Virus record (IMG/VR): IMGVR_UViG_3300035144_000004
Location: 1-60,965 of that record
Origin: a virus
Taxonomy: Duplodnaviria > Caudoviricetes
Length of the DNA stretch: 60,965 bases
Reading direction: 5' to 3' (one strand)
The notes beneath the pieces are model-generated. The model was not told the origin of the DNA. It did no database searches and was given only the letters and a program-made list of their open reading frames with translations. Shown here in pieces: positions 8,093-18,084 of this stretch (position 1 is its first letter; each line of letters opens with the position of its first letter). Position numbers and translations under genes: made by a program.

Positions 8093-8713
8093 ATGCCAGT
8101 ACCAAAAAGAAAGCGCACCCCCCGCACCAAGAAGACGGAAGAAACCACAGTGGAAGTTGAAACCGAAGTCACAACCACAGAGCCCGTTGAAGCGGAGCCG
8201 GTAGAAGAGCCGGAAGTGTCCACTGAAGACAAGGACGCCATCATTGCCGAGCTTCAGGCAAGAATCAAGACCGAAGAAGAGCAGGCCAAGAAGATTGCCG
8301 AGCTTCGGGCGCAATTAGCCGAAGCAGAAAAGCAGCCGGCAAGCAAAGAGCAACGTGAATTTTCATTAAAACCAGATGAGGGCGAAAAGTACGCCTATTT
8401 TGCGATTGTCTTTCATCCCAAGCGTACCGACTCCGACGATGAGTTTATCACCATTGGCGTTAACGGGAAATTCCTTACGTGGCGTCGCAACGTGCCAACC
8501 GTTATCCGCAGTGACTACATGGAAGTCGCCAACAACGCATTTGTGCCTAAGTTCAAGCAGCTCCCCGGAGAAGAACGGAAAGAGATTGGCGGTCTGAAGC
8601 CGTACACGTTTACCATTGAGCGGCGCATTGACCGGTCAGAGTATGAACGACTCAAGGCCGAAGGCGATAAAGCCCTGAAAGCTGACCTTGAACAAAGAGG
8701 AATTTCTGCATAA
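8093..8713 (+). CDS. Hypothetical head/tail-module protein
   Basis: GAGG RBS; 206 aa; acidic N-terminus. Confidence 0.7.
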   Translation: MPVPKRKRTPRTKKTEETTVEVETEVTTTEPVEAEPVEEPEVSTEDKDAIIAELQARIKTEEEQAKKIAELRAQLAEAEKQPASKEQREFSLKPDEGEKYAYFAIVFHPKRTDSDDEFITIGVNGKFLTWRRNVPTVIRSDYMEVANNAFVPKFKQLPGEERKEIGGLKPYTFTIERRIDRSEYERLKAEGDKALKADLEQRGISA

Positions 8714-9294
8714 TGGCTATCTCCGCACTCTCAGAACTGGAAATCAAAGTAATTCGCGACCTGGCGCACCGGCCGGGGACTAATCTCGTTATGGATGCAC
8801 TCCGCGAGGCATGGCGCGAGTTCCTTACCCAGTCTGAGGTGTGGCGTGAAGATCTCACCGCGTTCGATGCCGTTGAGGATCAGGCATCCTACACTCTAAC
8901 ACCGAGCGACGGTGAGATTATCCGGATTACCAAGGTTGAGTTGGATGAATCAGAACTCGACCCCGACACCTATTACCTTGACGGAACTAATGATCTGGTG
9001 TTTGAAGAGGACTACGTACCTACCGAAGATTCAACGGACGGGCTGGAAGTCCAGGTGGCCCTCTCCCCAGAGATTAACGACACCAACGACCCGGGCCCGG
9101 CATGGGCACTCAACAAATGGTCAGACGGAATTGTTGCAGGTGCTCAGGCATTGCTTTATCGTCAGGCAGGCCGCAAATGGCACAACCCACAAATGTACCG
9201 CGAACGTCAGGCAGACTTTGAAGGCGCTATCGGCATGGCCGTAGTTGCCAAAGACCAGAAACGAACAACCAGAAAAACAGGATTTTCAGGATGA
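8713..9294 (+). CDS. Head-tail adaptor (tail tubular A-like)
   Basis: A.REF...S.VWRE and W.DGI.AGA...L..Q.G..W.NP motifs of podovirus adaptors. Confidence 0.75.
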   Translation: MAISALSELEIKVIRDLAHRPGTNLVMDALREAWREFLTQSEVWREDLTAFDAVEDQASYTLTPSDGEIIRITKVELDESELDPDTYYLDGTNDLVFEEDYVPTEDSTDGLEVQVALSPEINDTNDPGPAWALNKWSDGIVAGAQALLYRQAGRKWHNPQMYRERQADFEGAIGMAVVAKDQKRTTRKTGFSG

Positions 9295-9818
9295 CAGACA
9301 TTATGGAATGGATTAACGCACACTGGAAAGACATTGCTGCCGGTATCGGCGCTCTCTACGCCCTGGCCCTGGTCATTGTCAAGCTGACCCCGACACCAAA
9401 GGATGATGAGGCGCTGAAAAAGGTGAGCGTCATCCTCAAAGTAATTGCGAAGGTGTTCGGACTGAACCTGAAGCAGGGAATCACCAAGAAAAACGTACTT
9501 CTTTGTCTGGTTGCCGGCTCTATGTGCTGCTCCAGTTGCGCTATGCTCAGTGGATTGAAAGAGGATCCCAAAAAGCAATACCATTTGGCCGCGTCGGTTT
9601 ATGCCGAATCAGTGAACACACTGGCTACACTGCGACGAGCAGGAAAAATAAGAGAAAAAGACGCTGAAGCGATAAATCGCGTGGTCATTTTAGGACATGA
9701 CATACTCAAGGCATGGGCAGCAGCACTCAATGAGTGTAAAGATTACCCCGGGGTTTCGCACATGGCACCGATTCTACTCCAACTGAAGGAATTTGCCATA
9801 GTGGAGGATGAGGAATGA
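9291..9818 (+). CDS. Holin-like membrane protein fused to a lipoprotein-like domain
   Basis: TM helix followed by LTPTPKDD; second hydrophobic stretch ending in a lipobox-like SSC. Confidence 0.55.
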   Translation: MTDIMEWINAHWKDIAAGIGALYALALVIVKLTPTPKDDEALKKVSVILKVIAKVFGLNLKQGITKKNVLLCLVAGSMCCSSCAMLSGLKEDPKKQYHLAASVYAESVNTLATLRRAGKIREKDAEAINRVVILGHDILKAWAAALNECKDYPGVSHMAPILLQLKEFAIVEDEE

Positions 9819-10015
9819 ACGCAGCAGCACTATTACTCATCCTGCAACTTGTCCAGAAGACGGTTGACCTGGCTCCGGCTATTGTCGAACTGATCCAGAA
9901 GGCGAAAAATGGCGAAGACGTGACGGCGGAGGAAATCGAACAAGCCGAGAAACGCATAAACGACGCCGTTGCCAACTGGAACGACGCAAACCCCAAGGGG
10001 AAAGGAACCGCCTAA
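9815..10015 (+). CDS. Small amphipathic protein in the lysis region
   Basis: GAGG RBS, ATGA overlap. Confidence 0.6.
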   Translation: MNAAALLLILQLVQKTVDLAPAIVELIQKAKNGEDVTAEEIEQAEKRINDAVANWNDANPKGKGTA

Positions 10016-10017
10016 CC

Positions 10018-10314
10018 ATGATGGCCAATACCACATCATTAATCGAACAGAGTTACATTCAATACGGATTCGCAGGAGTCACATTAATCCTTCTAGGGAT
10101 TGTGGTTTGGATGGTTCGACAACTGATTGCAGTTATCAACAAAAACAACAAAGTATTGGCAAGAGTGTTTGACGGTCTTAACTCTGTGAAAAATGCGGAA
10201 GAACAGGTGAAAGAAGAAATCATAGAGGTTAAATGCGAAGTTCGCGGCCTACGTGATGAAATCATTCGCCGACCATGTATAACAACCAGGAGTGCGCAAA
10301 GTGTTAGCCAGTGA
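10018..10314 (+). CDS. Holin-like single-TM coiled-coil protein
   Basis: QYGFAGVTLILLGIVVWMV followed by a coiled coil; tandem Met-Met start. Confidence 0.55.
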   Translation: MMANTTSLIEQSYIQYGFAGVTLILLGIVVWMVRQLIAVINKNNKVLARVFDGLNSVKNAEEQVKEEIIEVKCEVRGLRDEIIRRPCITTRSAQSVSQ

Positions 10315-10633
10315 AGTCATTACCGAGATCCGCGAAAACGTCCTGGATACCGAAGAGGAATACCGTCACTCAGACGCCGAGATGCTTCGTGCGCTGACGG
10401 ACGCCTCGTACCAACTTTCCAAGGATCGGCCGGATCTGCTGATTGACACTGACGGCACAATTCTATCTGTTTCCGCGTTGACTGCTGTTGGAGATACCGT
10501 TTTATTCGGTGCCGACATGAAAGATGCCCTGGCAAGCTGGTCAAGTTACAAGCTGCTCAAGAAGGACGGCGAGGACAGCAACAACATTGCGCTGGCTGGA
10601 GTCCACCTCCAGACGTATCAAGCACAAATTTAA
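10301..10633 (+). CDS. Putative adaptor-like virion protein
   Basis: AGGAG + GTG; I..IR..V.D....R.SD.EML..L..A.......RPD motif. Confidence 0.6.
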   Translation: MLASEVITEIRENVLDTEEEYRHSDAEMLRALTDASYQLSKDRPDLLIDTDGTILSVSALTAVGDTVLFGADMKDALASWSSYKLLKKDGEDSNNIALAGVHLQTYQAQI

Positions 10634-10644
10634 GGAGTCGCCAT

Positions 10645-11394
10645 ATGCTACGTTCAAGACCATATCACAGGTTTGGCATCAGGAGTCTAAGCCGCTTGAC
10701 GGCTCCGCAGGCTGTTTTGCCTGATGTTGATATTGATGCGTTCATGCGGCTCATCCGCCGCGCCCAGATTCCTAAGATTAATTTAGCAGTAAGCAACTCG
10801 CAGGCAACAGGCCGAGACAGTATATTCTCAGACGGTTCTACCACGTCTTCAGGCGAGACTGATTATGTAATTCGTGGGGGAGTTGCTATATTGTCCTCTT
10901 TGTATGGGGCTGTACTACCAGGAACACCTGATACTGATGTTATTAGTTGCAGCCCATCATGGGGTAGCGAGGGTACTATTGTGCAGGCTGTTATGCCTTA
11001 TGGGTGGAGTGGGGGTGCTGGTGTTCTTGGCGTTGGTACTCGGTTGTTTGAATTAGCAGCACCAATAATGAACACTCAGACGTTCAGCACAACAATACAG
11101 GTATTAGGTAATTCATTTGCAACCGGCGGGGTCACTGATAGTCAACTTGATATAATAGCTGGTGATTGGAATGGAACCTTGCATGGTGGTAGACTTAATA
11201 CTGAGACTCGTAAGACTAATTCAGATACAGACATACCTAGCGGCAATCTCTCATTAGGTAATAGGGCAGCAGGTGACCGCCCATTCCACGGCGCAATCGT
11301 AACCCTCATATTTGACTGGGTGCTCAGTGATGCAGAATATGAAGTACTGAGAGTCGGACTGAATCGAATATTTGGCAATTTAACACTTACTTAG
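10645..11394 (+). CDS. Putative tail-associated protein with LamG-like C-terminus
   Basis: AGGAG RBS; LSLGNR....RPFHG.I...IFD.VLSD.E. Confidence 0.55.
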   Translation: MLRSRPYHRFGIRSLSRLTAPQAVLPDVDIDAFMRLIRRAQIPKINLAVSNSQATGRDSIFSDGSTTSSGETDYVIRGGVAILSSLYGAVLPGTPDTDVISCSPSWGSEGTIVQAVMPYGWSGGAGVLGVGTRLFELAAPIMNTQTFSTTIQVLGNSFATGGVTDSQLDIIAGDWNGTLHGGRLNTETRKTNSDTDIPSGNLSLGNRAAGDRPFHGAIVTLIFDWVLSDAEYEVLRVGLNRIFGNLTLT

Positions 11395-11418
11395 AATAAA
11401 CTCAAAAGGAGCAAGGAC

Positions 11419-11769
11419 ATGGCTACAACAGATCATATTCACAGAGAGGCAGACCCAGAAATGGCCAAGCGCGTCAAAGTGGTTGACGGCTTTGAAGACC
11501 ACATTTCTGAAAAGGTGACGCTCGTTGCCACGACCAGCAAAACATTGGAAGAGCTGTTAACCGCAGACTTCGCGCAAACCGACGTTGGTGTTACCATTGT
11601 CAGTGACGGCACGGTTCAATACAATCCGGTTGGTGCAGCTGATGGCAACAATGGCTTTCTCCCGACTGTTTACACCATTCACGGAGGCATTGACAAGCTC
11701 CAGCGCATTGAGCTATATGCAGCAGCAGAAACCACTCTCAGCATCATCATTTTTAAGATTGTTCAGTAA
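11419..11769 (+). CDS. Hypothetical virion protein
   Basis: AGGAG RBS; beta-rich 116 aa. Confidence 0.65.
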   Translation: MATTDHIHREADPEMAKRVKVVDGFEDHISEKVTLVATTSKTLEELLTADFAQTDVGVTIVSDGTVQYNPVGAADGNNGFLPTVYTIHGGIDKLQRIELYAAAETTLSIIIFKIVQ

Positions 11770-11843
11770 CGGACGCCTTCTCTCATGGCCACGAGCCACC
11801 AAATAAGTACCGCGATTACCAAGCGTAACACAGGAAACAACAC

Positions 11844-12332
11844 ATGAAGAAACTCGCTCTCTCAAATCAGAAAGTCCTCGACATGGACAAGACGTTGCAC
11901 GAACTCGGCACGATCAAATCAAAGCCTGAGTTCAGCATGAAGGTTGCACGCAATCGGGCAGCACTTAAGCCGTTTATCGAGGCATTGACCGCCGCAAGTA
12001 CGCCAAGCGAGGCTATGAAAGAGTTCGACAAAAAGCGGAATGCGTTGATACTGACGTATGGCAAAGAGCGGGTGAATGATTTCGGGCAGTCCATAACAGA
12101 AGTGACTCCTGAGAACAAGGATGTCTACCACGAAAAACTGGACGCCCTCAAAGAAGAGTATGACGCCGCTATCACTGAATACGACGACCAAATCAAAGAG
12201 TTCAATGACACCATTCTTCCCGGAATGGCCAACGACGGTGAGCTAATCGAAATGTACGAACTGCCGGAAGAGATGCCAGACGGCGTTTCAGGAAATCAGT
12301 TGTTCGTTCTTATCGACATCATCAAAGCGTAG
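11844..12332 (+). CDS. Hypothetical helical protein (possible tail chaperone)
   Basis: AGGA RBS; immediately before the tail fibre. Confidence 0.6.
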   Translation: MKKLALSNQKVLDMDKTLHELGTIKSKPEFSMKVARNRAALKPFIEALTAASTPSEAMKEFDKKRNALILTYGKERVNDFGQSITEVTPENKDVYHEKLDALKEEYDAAITEYDDQIKEFNDTILPGMANDGELIEMYELPEEMPDGVSGNQLFVLIDIIKA

Positions 12333-12363
12333 GCTTGGGAGATCCACATAAGGAATAGGCGCT

Positions 12364-14181
12364 ATGCCATTAACCGCGACACCGACAATACCGCAATCGA
12401 CTATCACGCCAAATCCGCTAGGCGAAGCTGAAGCAACTAATGTCGTTTATTCGTTTAACGGACGGACAGGCACAGTTGTACCGGTGGCAGGCGACTATTC
12501 CGCGTCTGATATTACCAACGACAGTACTGTAACCGGAACCAATGTTGACGATGCTCTGGAAACGCTTGATTCCGATATTTCAACGCATATCGCAGATACA
12601 GCAAATCCCCACAGTGTAACCAAAGCGCAAGTCGGCCTCAGTGCAGTCGAAAACACCGCGTTAAGTACCTGGGCGGGAACCACCAACATTACCACGCTTG
12701 GCACTATTGCAACGGGCACTTGGAACGCGACTGCTATCACATGGGCGAAAGTCAGCAAGACCGGCTCAAACCTCAACGAGATCGAGACGCGCAGTCATAC
12801 GGTTCTGACTGATATCGGCAGTAATACGCACGCCCAGATTGATACCCATATTGCCAATACCAGTAACCCGCACTCGGTCACAGCCGCGCAGATCGGCGCG
12901 CCAAGCGGTCGAAGCAACCTCACCACACAGTATCGCGGCGTCTTTGTTGATTCAGCCGGAGTCATTACCGAGAGTAGCTCGATTTTTACTAATGCTAGTG
13001 GGTTTCTTAACATCTCAACATCTGCTATTGGTGATCAATTAGCCATAACAACCACTGGAGCATACTCTGCGATATCCATTGAACGCGACTCTGACAACGA
13101 CCAAGGAGGCACGCAGAAGTGGCTACTTGTTTCTGGAGCCGGAGGAAATACGAGAGACTTTTCTATTGAGAATTCTACAGATGGCACGGAGGTCTTAAGA
13201 ATACAAGAATCAAGTAGTGCTTTGCTAATCGGCACAATGACTCAATACGCTTCAGAGAAGCTTGGCGTCAACGGGGATGGCTATTTTAATGGTTCAGTAA
13301 GTGCCAGCGTATTGACAGCAGGAGCGGATAACGACGACACCACCGCAGCACTAAATATAATTGGTGACGATTACTACTCAAGCGCTGTATTCCTGCAACG
13401 CTATGAGGCATCATCAAGCGGCCCAGGCATTACCACTGTTACAGGCCGAGGCACACCAGCATCACAAACGCAGGCATTGCAACTGGACGACCTCTTTTAT
13501 TTTGACATGTTCGCAGTTGATAATGTAGGCGGCTATCAACAGGCGGCAGGTATTGTATTTGAGCTGCGTGAGGACTGTACGACATCGCAATGCGGTTCAC
13601 AGATGGAAATCTATATAACTCCAGACGGAACTACAACACGCAAAGAAATGCTGACCCTTAAGCCTGCCGAACTAATCCTCGGCGAGGGTATCTCATCTGG
13701 AAACCCGCTTTTAAGGATTCATGGGTACCAAGGTGTGAGCAAGTATTCCGGTACCATTGGCATGTCTTCTACGGTAGCTGATGAAATAGAAGTCAAGGCC
13801 ATAGATAGCGTGCTATTGGAGTGCGACAGTGGCGACAAGCTGCGAATAAGCAATGACGGACTGATGCACACTGGGGCATCCAGAAGGGCCGTTGAGTCGA
13901 TTACAGGAAACACCACACTAGACGCCACTCATCGGACAGTTATTTGCACAACAAACGCATTTACAGTCACATTGCCTCCAGCCGCTACTTATCACGACGC
14001 AACTCTCGGCGTTGGCATTGATTACGTTATCAAGAATGCAAAGAGCAACACAGGGAATACAATCACGGTTGACGGCGACGGGGCAGAGACAATTGACGGA
14101 GCTACAACAATTTCACTTGCGCCAGGTGAGTCGATTACTATCACAACTGATGGAACCGAGTGGCACATAATTGAAGCATAA
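12364..14181 (+). CDS. Tail fibre / receptor-binding protein
   Basis: VYSFNGRTG.V motif, two NPHSVT.AQ.G repeats, C-terminal TLPPAA...IK...ETIDG domain. Confidence 0.85.
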   Translation: MPLTATPTIPQSTITPNPLGEAEATNVVYSFNGRTGTVVPVAGDYSASDITNDSTVTGTNVDDALETLDSDISTHIADTANPHSVTKAQVGLSAVENTALSTWAGTTNITTLGTIATGTWNATAITWAKVSKTGSNLNEIETRSHTVLTDIGSNTHAQIDTHIANTSNPHSVTAAQIGAPSGRSNLTTQYRGVFVDSAGVITESSSIFTNASGFLNISTSAIGDQLAITTTGAYSAISIERDSDNDQGGTQKWLLVSGAGGNTRDFSIENSTDGTEVLRIQESSSALLIGTMTQYASEKLGVNGDGYFNGSVSASVLTAGADNDDTTAALNIIGDDYYSSAVFLQRYEASSSGPGITTVTGRGTPASQTQALQLDDLFYFDMFAVDNVGGYQQAAGIVFELREDCTTSQCGSQMEIYITPDGTTTRKEMLTLKPAELILGEGISSGNPLLRIHGYQGVSKYSGTIGMSSTVADEIEVKAIDSVLLECDSGDKLRISNDGLMHTGASRRAVESITGNTTLDATHRTVICTTNAFTVTLPPAATYHDATLGVGIDYVIKNAKSNTGNTITVDGDGAETIDGATTISLAPGESITITTDGTEWHIIEA

Positions 14182-14193
14182 TAAGGAGGCAAT

Positions 14194-14970
14194 ATGCCGT
14201 TATTTACTAAAGATTGGTACGCTGAAGTTGCAAAAGGCAATGTTGATGGACATTACCCTATACGTATATGGGGTGTTAATGAGGATCTAGACGCGACAGG
14301 TACGGACGATTTTATCTGGAACTTGAACCAGCTTGTTTATACGTTCCGCAGTTCCGCAGATCTTGATACTATCTCGTCATCAAACGCAGGCGACACCCAA
14401 ACGATAGCTATCGATTACCTGGATGCTAACTGGGATAGAGCTACTCAGACCAAGGCGTTGAACGGGCAAAACAAGGTTACTTTGGATACAGCCTGTATTC
14501 GTGTGTTGAAGATCTATAACACAAGCACTACTGCTTTGTCTGGCGATGTTTACCTATATCCGGCAGCGGAAGCGATTACCGCTGGTGTACCTGATGCGTT
14601 TACCAATGTTGGTGCATGGATTAAGCAGGGAGATAACGAGTCAAACATGTTCCAATTCAGCGTTCCTGACGAGCATTACCTATTGGTGACTGAATTTCTG
14701 CTGTCTGCATTGAACTCTACTGCAACAGAAATACAATCATACCTCTATGCTGCCGAGTTTGGCAAGCCAGCAGGATTGAAGGGCACGACATCTATCGTAA
14801 CATCAGGTACCAGTCACTATACAATCAGAGAGTTGCCGCCAATCCTACTACCGCCAAAGGCTGACATGTATCTAACAGCTAAATCTTCGGCTAACAATGT
14901 TGGCATAACTGGCAAGTCTCAGGCTATGCTCATTCATCAAGACTACATTAACGCAGCCGGAGTACTGTAA
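14194..14970 (+). CDS. Hypothetical structural protein
   Basis: AGGAGG RBS; beta-rich 258 aa. Confidence 0.65.
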   Translation: MPLFTKDWYAEVAKGNVDGHYPIRIWGVNEDLDATGTDDFIWNLNQLVYTFRSSADLDTISSSNAGDTQTIAIDYLDANWDRATQTKALNGQNKVTLDTACIRVLKIYNTSTTALSGDVYLYPAAEAITAGVPDAFTNVGAWIKQGDNESNMFQFSVPDEHYLLVTEFLLSALNSTATEIQSYLYAAEFGKPAGLKGTTSIVTSGTSHYTIRELPPILLPPKADMYLTAKSSANNVGITGKSQAMLIHQDYINAAGVL

Positions 14971-14972
14971 TT

Positions 14973-15305
14973 ATGAACAGCATTCTATTTGACGTAAACG
15001 AAGAAAGCAATCTGCCAATCACGGTAACAGTTACCGACAGCGCGGGCGTTGCAGCTACCCCGACAGCGTTCAACTGGTCGCTTTCAACGCGTGACGGCAC
15101 GATTGTAAACAGCCGCACAAACGTATCTGAAACACCAGCCTCTACGGTCGTGGTCACGCTTGCTGCGGATGATCTTCAGATCCTCGACCAGACAAACGAC
15201 AGGGAATACCGGTTATTTACCGTTGAAACTGACGAAGGGGATGCCGATATTCCAGTCAAGATGCAGCTTGAATTCTGGGTAAAGAACCTCAAGGTGGTCA
15301 CATAA
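14973..15305 (+). CDS. Hypothetical tail-module protein
   Basis: 110-aa beta-rich ORF packed in the operon. Confidence 0.6.
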   Translation: MNSILFDVNEESNLPITVTVTDSAGVAATPTAFNWSLSTRDGTIVNSRTNVSETPASTVVVTLAADDLQILDQTNDREYRLFTVETDEGDADIPVKMQLEFWVKNLKVVT

Positions 15306-17515
15306 TGCCGAGTATTGTCCTTAATCAGTTTGGCGGTATGATACCGAAGATCGACCCGCGCAATCTTCCACAGGCGGCAGCGCAGCAAGCGCACAACTGC
15401 AATCTGGCGGGTGGAAAACTGGCACCGATTGACGTGCCAGGGCCGTTTAAGGTTCTCCATGATCCGGATACCGGCGCAATGAAAAGCATGATCCCTGATG
15501 GGAATATAATCAGTATTGAGGAGCCCATTGCGCCAACCATCGCCGAGCGCATAAAGATGTTTCGCCCTATGGACTGGACAGGCAGCTTGTTTACCATGGG
15601 GCTATGGGTATCGTATTTTGACCAGAACGACGCTCACCAGGTTGACCTTAAAAGTCCGTCGTTTGTTGCTGGGACTGATGAATGGGAGTATACCGAGGAC
15701 GGCATTATTTACCGGGTAAACATCACGGCAAGCACGCTGACCGCATACAAGGGGCTGTATTATCAATCACACGGCTTGAAGTTTGGGCTTTCGTTTGATG
15801 CAGACACCAAGTATTATGGCGGCCCGGACGCTGATTATACATTTCCAAGTGGATCGCTAACATGGTCTTCACCGGATTGGCCCGACTTCAGTATGCCTCT
15901 GACTGCCCCGATTGACTATACCGGATATGATGACGCTCCCGGAGATGGCGGGGCTGTTTATGCCGGAGAGCGTTACACCTACGGGCACCTTCAGTTAGTC
16001 TCCGTCAATGCACCCCGTCCATTAAAAACGATTGACCAAACTCTTGACCACAACGGACAGCCACAGGCTTATGACGGTTCGTCAACAAGCGTAACGCTCG
16101 TCGCTGCCGGTACAGTAGAGTTTCATTTCAAATGCAACTACATCAGGAATACGCAGGTATTTGCCAATTACGTGTCATGCAACGTGGATCAGCGGGTTTC
16201 TGACGGTGCCGCGAATATTGCACACACTGGGGCAATTACCAGGGTTGACGTAAAGGATGTCGATTATGGTACCAGTGATATTCCTTCAACTGGTTCTGTC
16301 CGGCTAATCAATTCGGCTGGTGAGTCAGAATATGTCGCATACACCGAGTACAGCGTTGTCGAGGATGTCTATCAGTTCACCGTTTCAACGACATTGACCT
16401 ATTCTTATGCAGAGGACGACGTAATAACGATTCTTGACCTTACGGCGGCTGGAAAAGAAGGCCCGGCCAGCGAATTAAGCAACTTGACGGCTGTTAACCC
16501 AGGCGATCTGCTGAAGATCACCGCAACGCGCTCGGAGGGGTATACCAGGCAGAATGTCTACAGAAGTAGCTCAGACTCAAACTTTCGACTGCTGGTCGAT
16601 GAGCTTGAAACCGATACCTATATTGACACATTCATGGAGAGTCTCGGGGCAGCCCTTCCTCCCAACGGGAATTTTCCACATTCAACACTTGCAGCGGCAA
16701 AAGAGGGCAGTGTAGTCCTGGCAGGGCACATTGCAATGATATTTGATGATGACGAAGCCCGGATAAGTGAGCCCTACAAGCAATGGGTATACCCCGAAGA
16801 ATACGCCTTTCCTCTTGACGGGCCTTTTCTTGCTGCTGCTGCATTCGGGAGTACTGCCGTAATCTTTACCGATACGCACCCCACGACAGGCGAGGTCGGC
16901 AAGGTCTTCTCGATATCCGGTCAAAATCCTGCATATCTGAACCGCTTGCTTATTTCTGATGATAAGCCACTGCTGAACAAGCGATCCCTTTGCATGATTG
17001 ACAATACCGCGTTTTATGCCACTACTGACGGGCTTATGGCTGTTTCCCCTGGTGGTATTCAGAATATCACAGAGGGGCTGTTTACAAGGGCGCAATGGGA
17101 AGATTATGACCCGGCCACTATGAGCGCGTACACTGCTGACAACTCTATTTTTGTGGTCAGTCTAAACGAAGACAATCCGATTCACTTCCGGTTTGACATC
17201 GGTGAAGCCGGCGGCCTGGCTGCATTCTCAACCTATGACGCGTTCTCCGATGCTGCTATGTACTACAAAAGCAAGGTGTTTCCCAGTCCGAAGAATATCA
17301 GTTTCCGAAACATTCAGGTCATTGCTGACGGGTTCCCTGTTGAGATTACATTGATCGGTGACAGCGGAAAGGCCGAGCATGCCGTCTTGATTCCTAATGA
17401 CAAGGTACGAATGTTGCCACGTATGCGTAAATCTCGTGAGTGGGAGGTGGAAATACGCGGCAGGAGCACCGTTAGCAGTGTGGCTGTTGCTACAAGCGTA
17501 CAGGAGCTTTATTGA
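15305..17515 (+). CDS. Tail tubular B / nozzle-like protein
   Basis: F.GM.PKIDPR.LP...AQ.A.NC.L..GKL start; SEPY...YP, YATTDGL and YKSK.F motifs; 736 aa. Confidence 0.75.
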   Translation: MPSIVLNQFGGMIPKIDPRNLPQAAAQQAHNCNLAGGKLAPIDVPGPFKVLHDPDTGAMKSMIPDGNIISIEEPIAPTIAERIKMFRPMDWTGSLFTMGLWVSYFDQNDAHQVDLKSPSFVAGTDEWEYTEDGIIYRVNITASTLTAYKGLYYQSHGLKFGLSFDADTKYYGGPDADYTFPSGSLTWSSPDWPDFSMPLTAPIDYTGYDDAPGDGGAVYAGERYTYGHLQLVSVNAPRPLKTIDQTLDHNGQPQAYDGSSTSVTLVAAGTVEFHFKCNYIRNTQVFANYVSCNVDQRVSDGAANIAHTGAITRVDVKDVDYGTSDIPSTGSVRLINSAGESEYVAYTEYSVVEDVYQFTVSTTLTYSYAEDDVITILDLTAAGKEGPASELSNLTAVNPGDLLKITATRSEGYTRQNVYRSSSDSNFRLLVDELETDTYIDTFMESLGAALPPNGNFPHSTLAAAKEGSVVLAGHIAMIFDDDEARISEPYKQWVYPEEYAFPLDGPFLAAAAFGSTAVIFTDTHPTTGEVGKVFSISGQNPAYLNRLLISDDKPLLNKRSLCMIDNTAFYATTDGLMAVSPGGIQNITEGLFTRAQWEDYDPATMSAYTADNSIFVVSLNEDNPIHFRFDIGEAGGLAAFSTYDAFSDAAMYYKSKVFPSPKNISFRNIQVIADGFPVEITLIGDSGKAEHAVLIPNDKVRMLPRMRKSREWEVEIRGRSTVSSVAVATSVQELY

Positions 17516-18084
17516 TGGCAAAAAGGCCCATAGCATCCAGTTCGGCAAGGCGTCCTGCCAATAACGATCCGAATACAGAGGAGGCGTTTCGCGTCCATGA
17601 TGCGCGTATGGACGAAATTGAGGCGCTCATCTCTACTGGGGTCACGCAACCTCAGTACGATGACACCTACGTCAAGAATCTGATATCAAACTTGCGGCGC
17701 GATCTCGAAGAACACAATCACCGGCGCATACAGGCTACAACGGCTGGCGATACGTACGACGGACAATTCAAAGTCACTCAGACTGACGGAGAAGATTTGC
17801 AGGTCACTATTGGTGTCGGTCGGTTTATCTATGGCACCGGTTCAAATGAAATAGCCGAGGCTACTGAAAATATAAGCGCGTCAACAGACACCTATTACCT
17901 GTACCTTGAGGCGAGTTACAGCGGTGGCCTGGTCACTGCAATAGAGTCCTTGTCAACATATCCGACTCAATCAACCATGCATGAGCGATTTGTTCTTGCT
18001 GAAATAGATGTTGCAGATAGCGCGATCTCTGAAATCCGCCAGATTCAGTACAATGAAATCCATAGTGCAAGGATTTGGGACTAA
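17515..18084 (+). CDS. Hypothetical tail protein
   Basis: TGATG overlap, AGGAG RBS. Confidence 0.6.
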   Translation: MAKRPIASSSARRPANNDPNTEEAFRVHDARMDEIEALISTGVTQPQYDDTYVKNLISNLRRDLEEHNHRRIQATTAGDTYDGQFKVTQTDGEDLQVTIGVGRFIYGTGSNEIAEATENISASTDTYYLYLEASYSGGLVTAIESLSTYPTQSTMHERFVLAEIDVADSAISEIRQIQYNEIHSARIWD

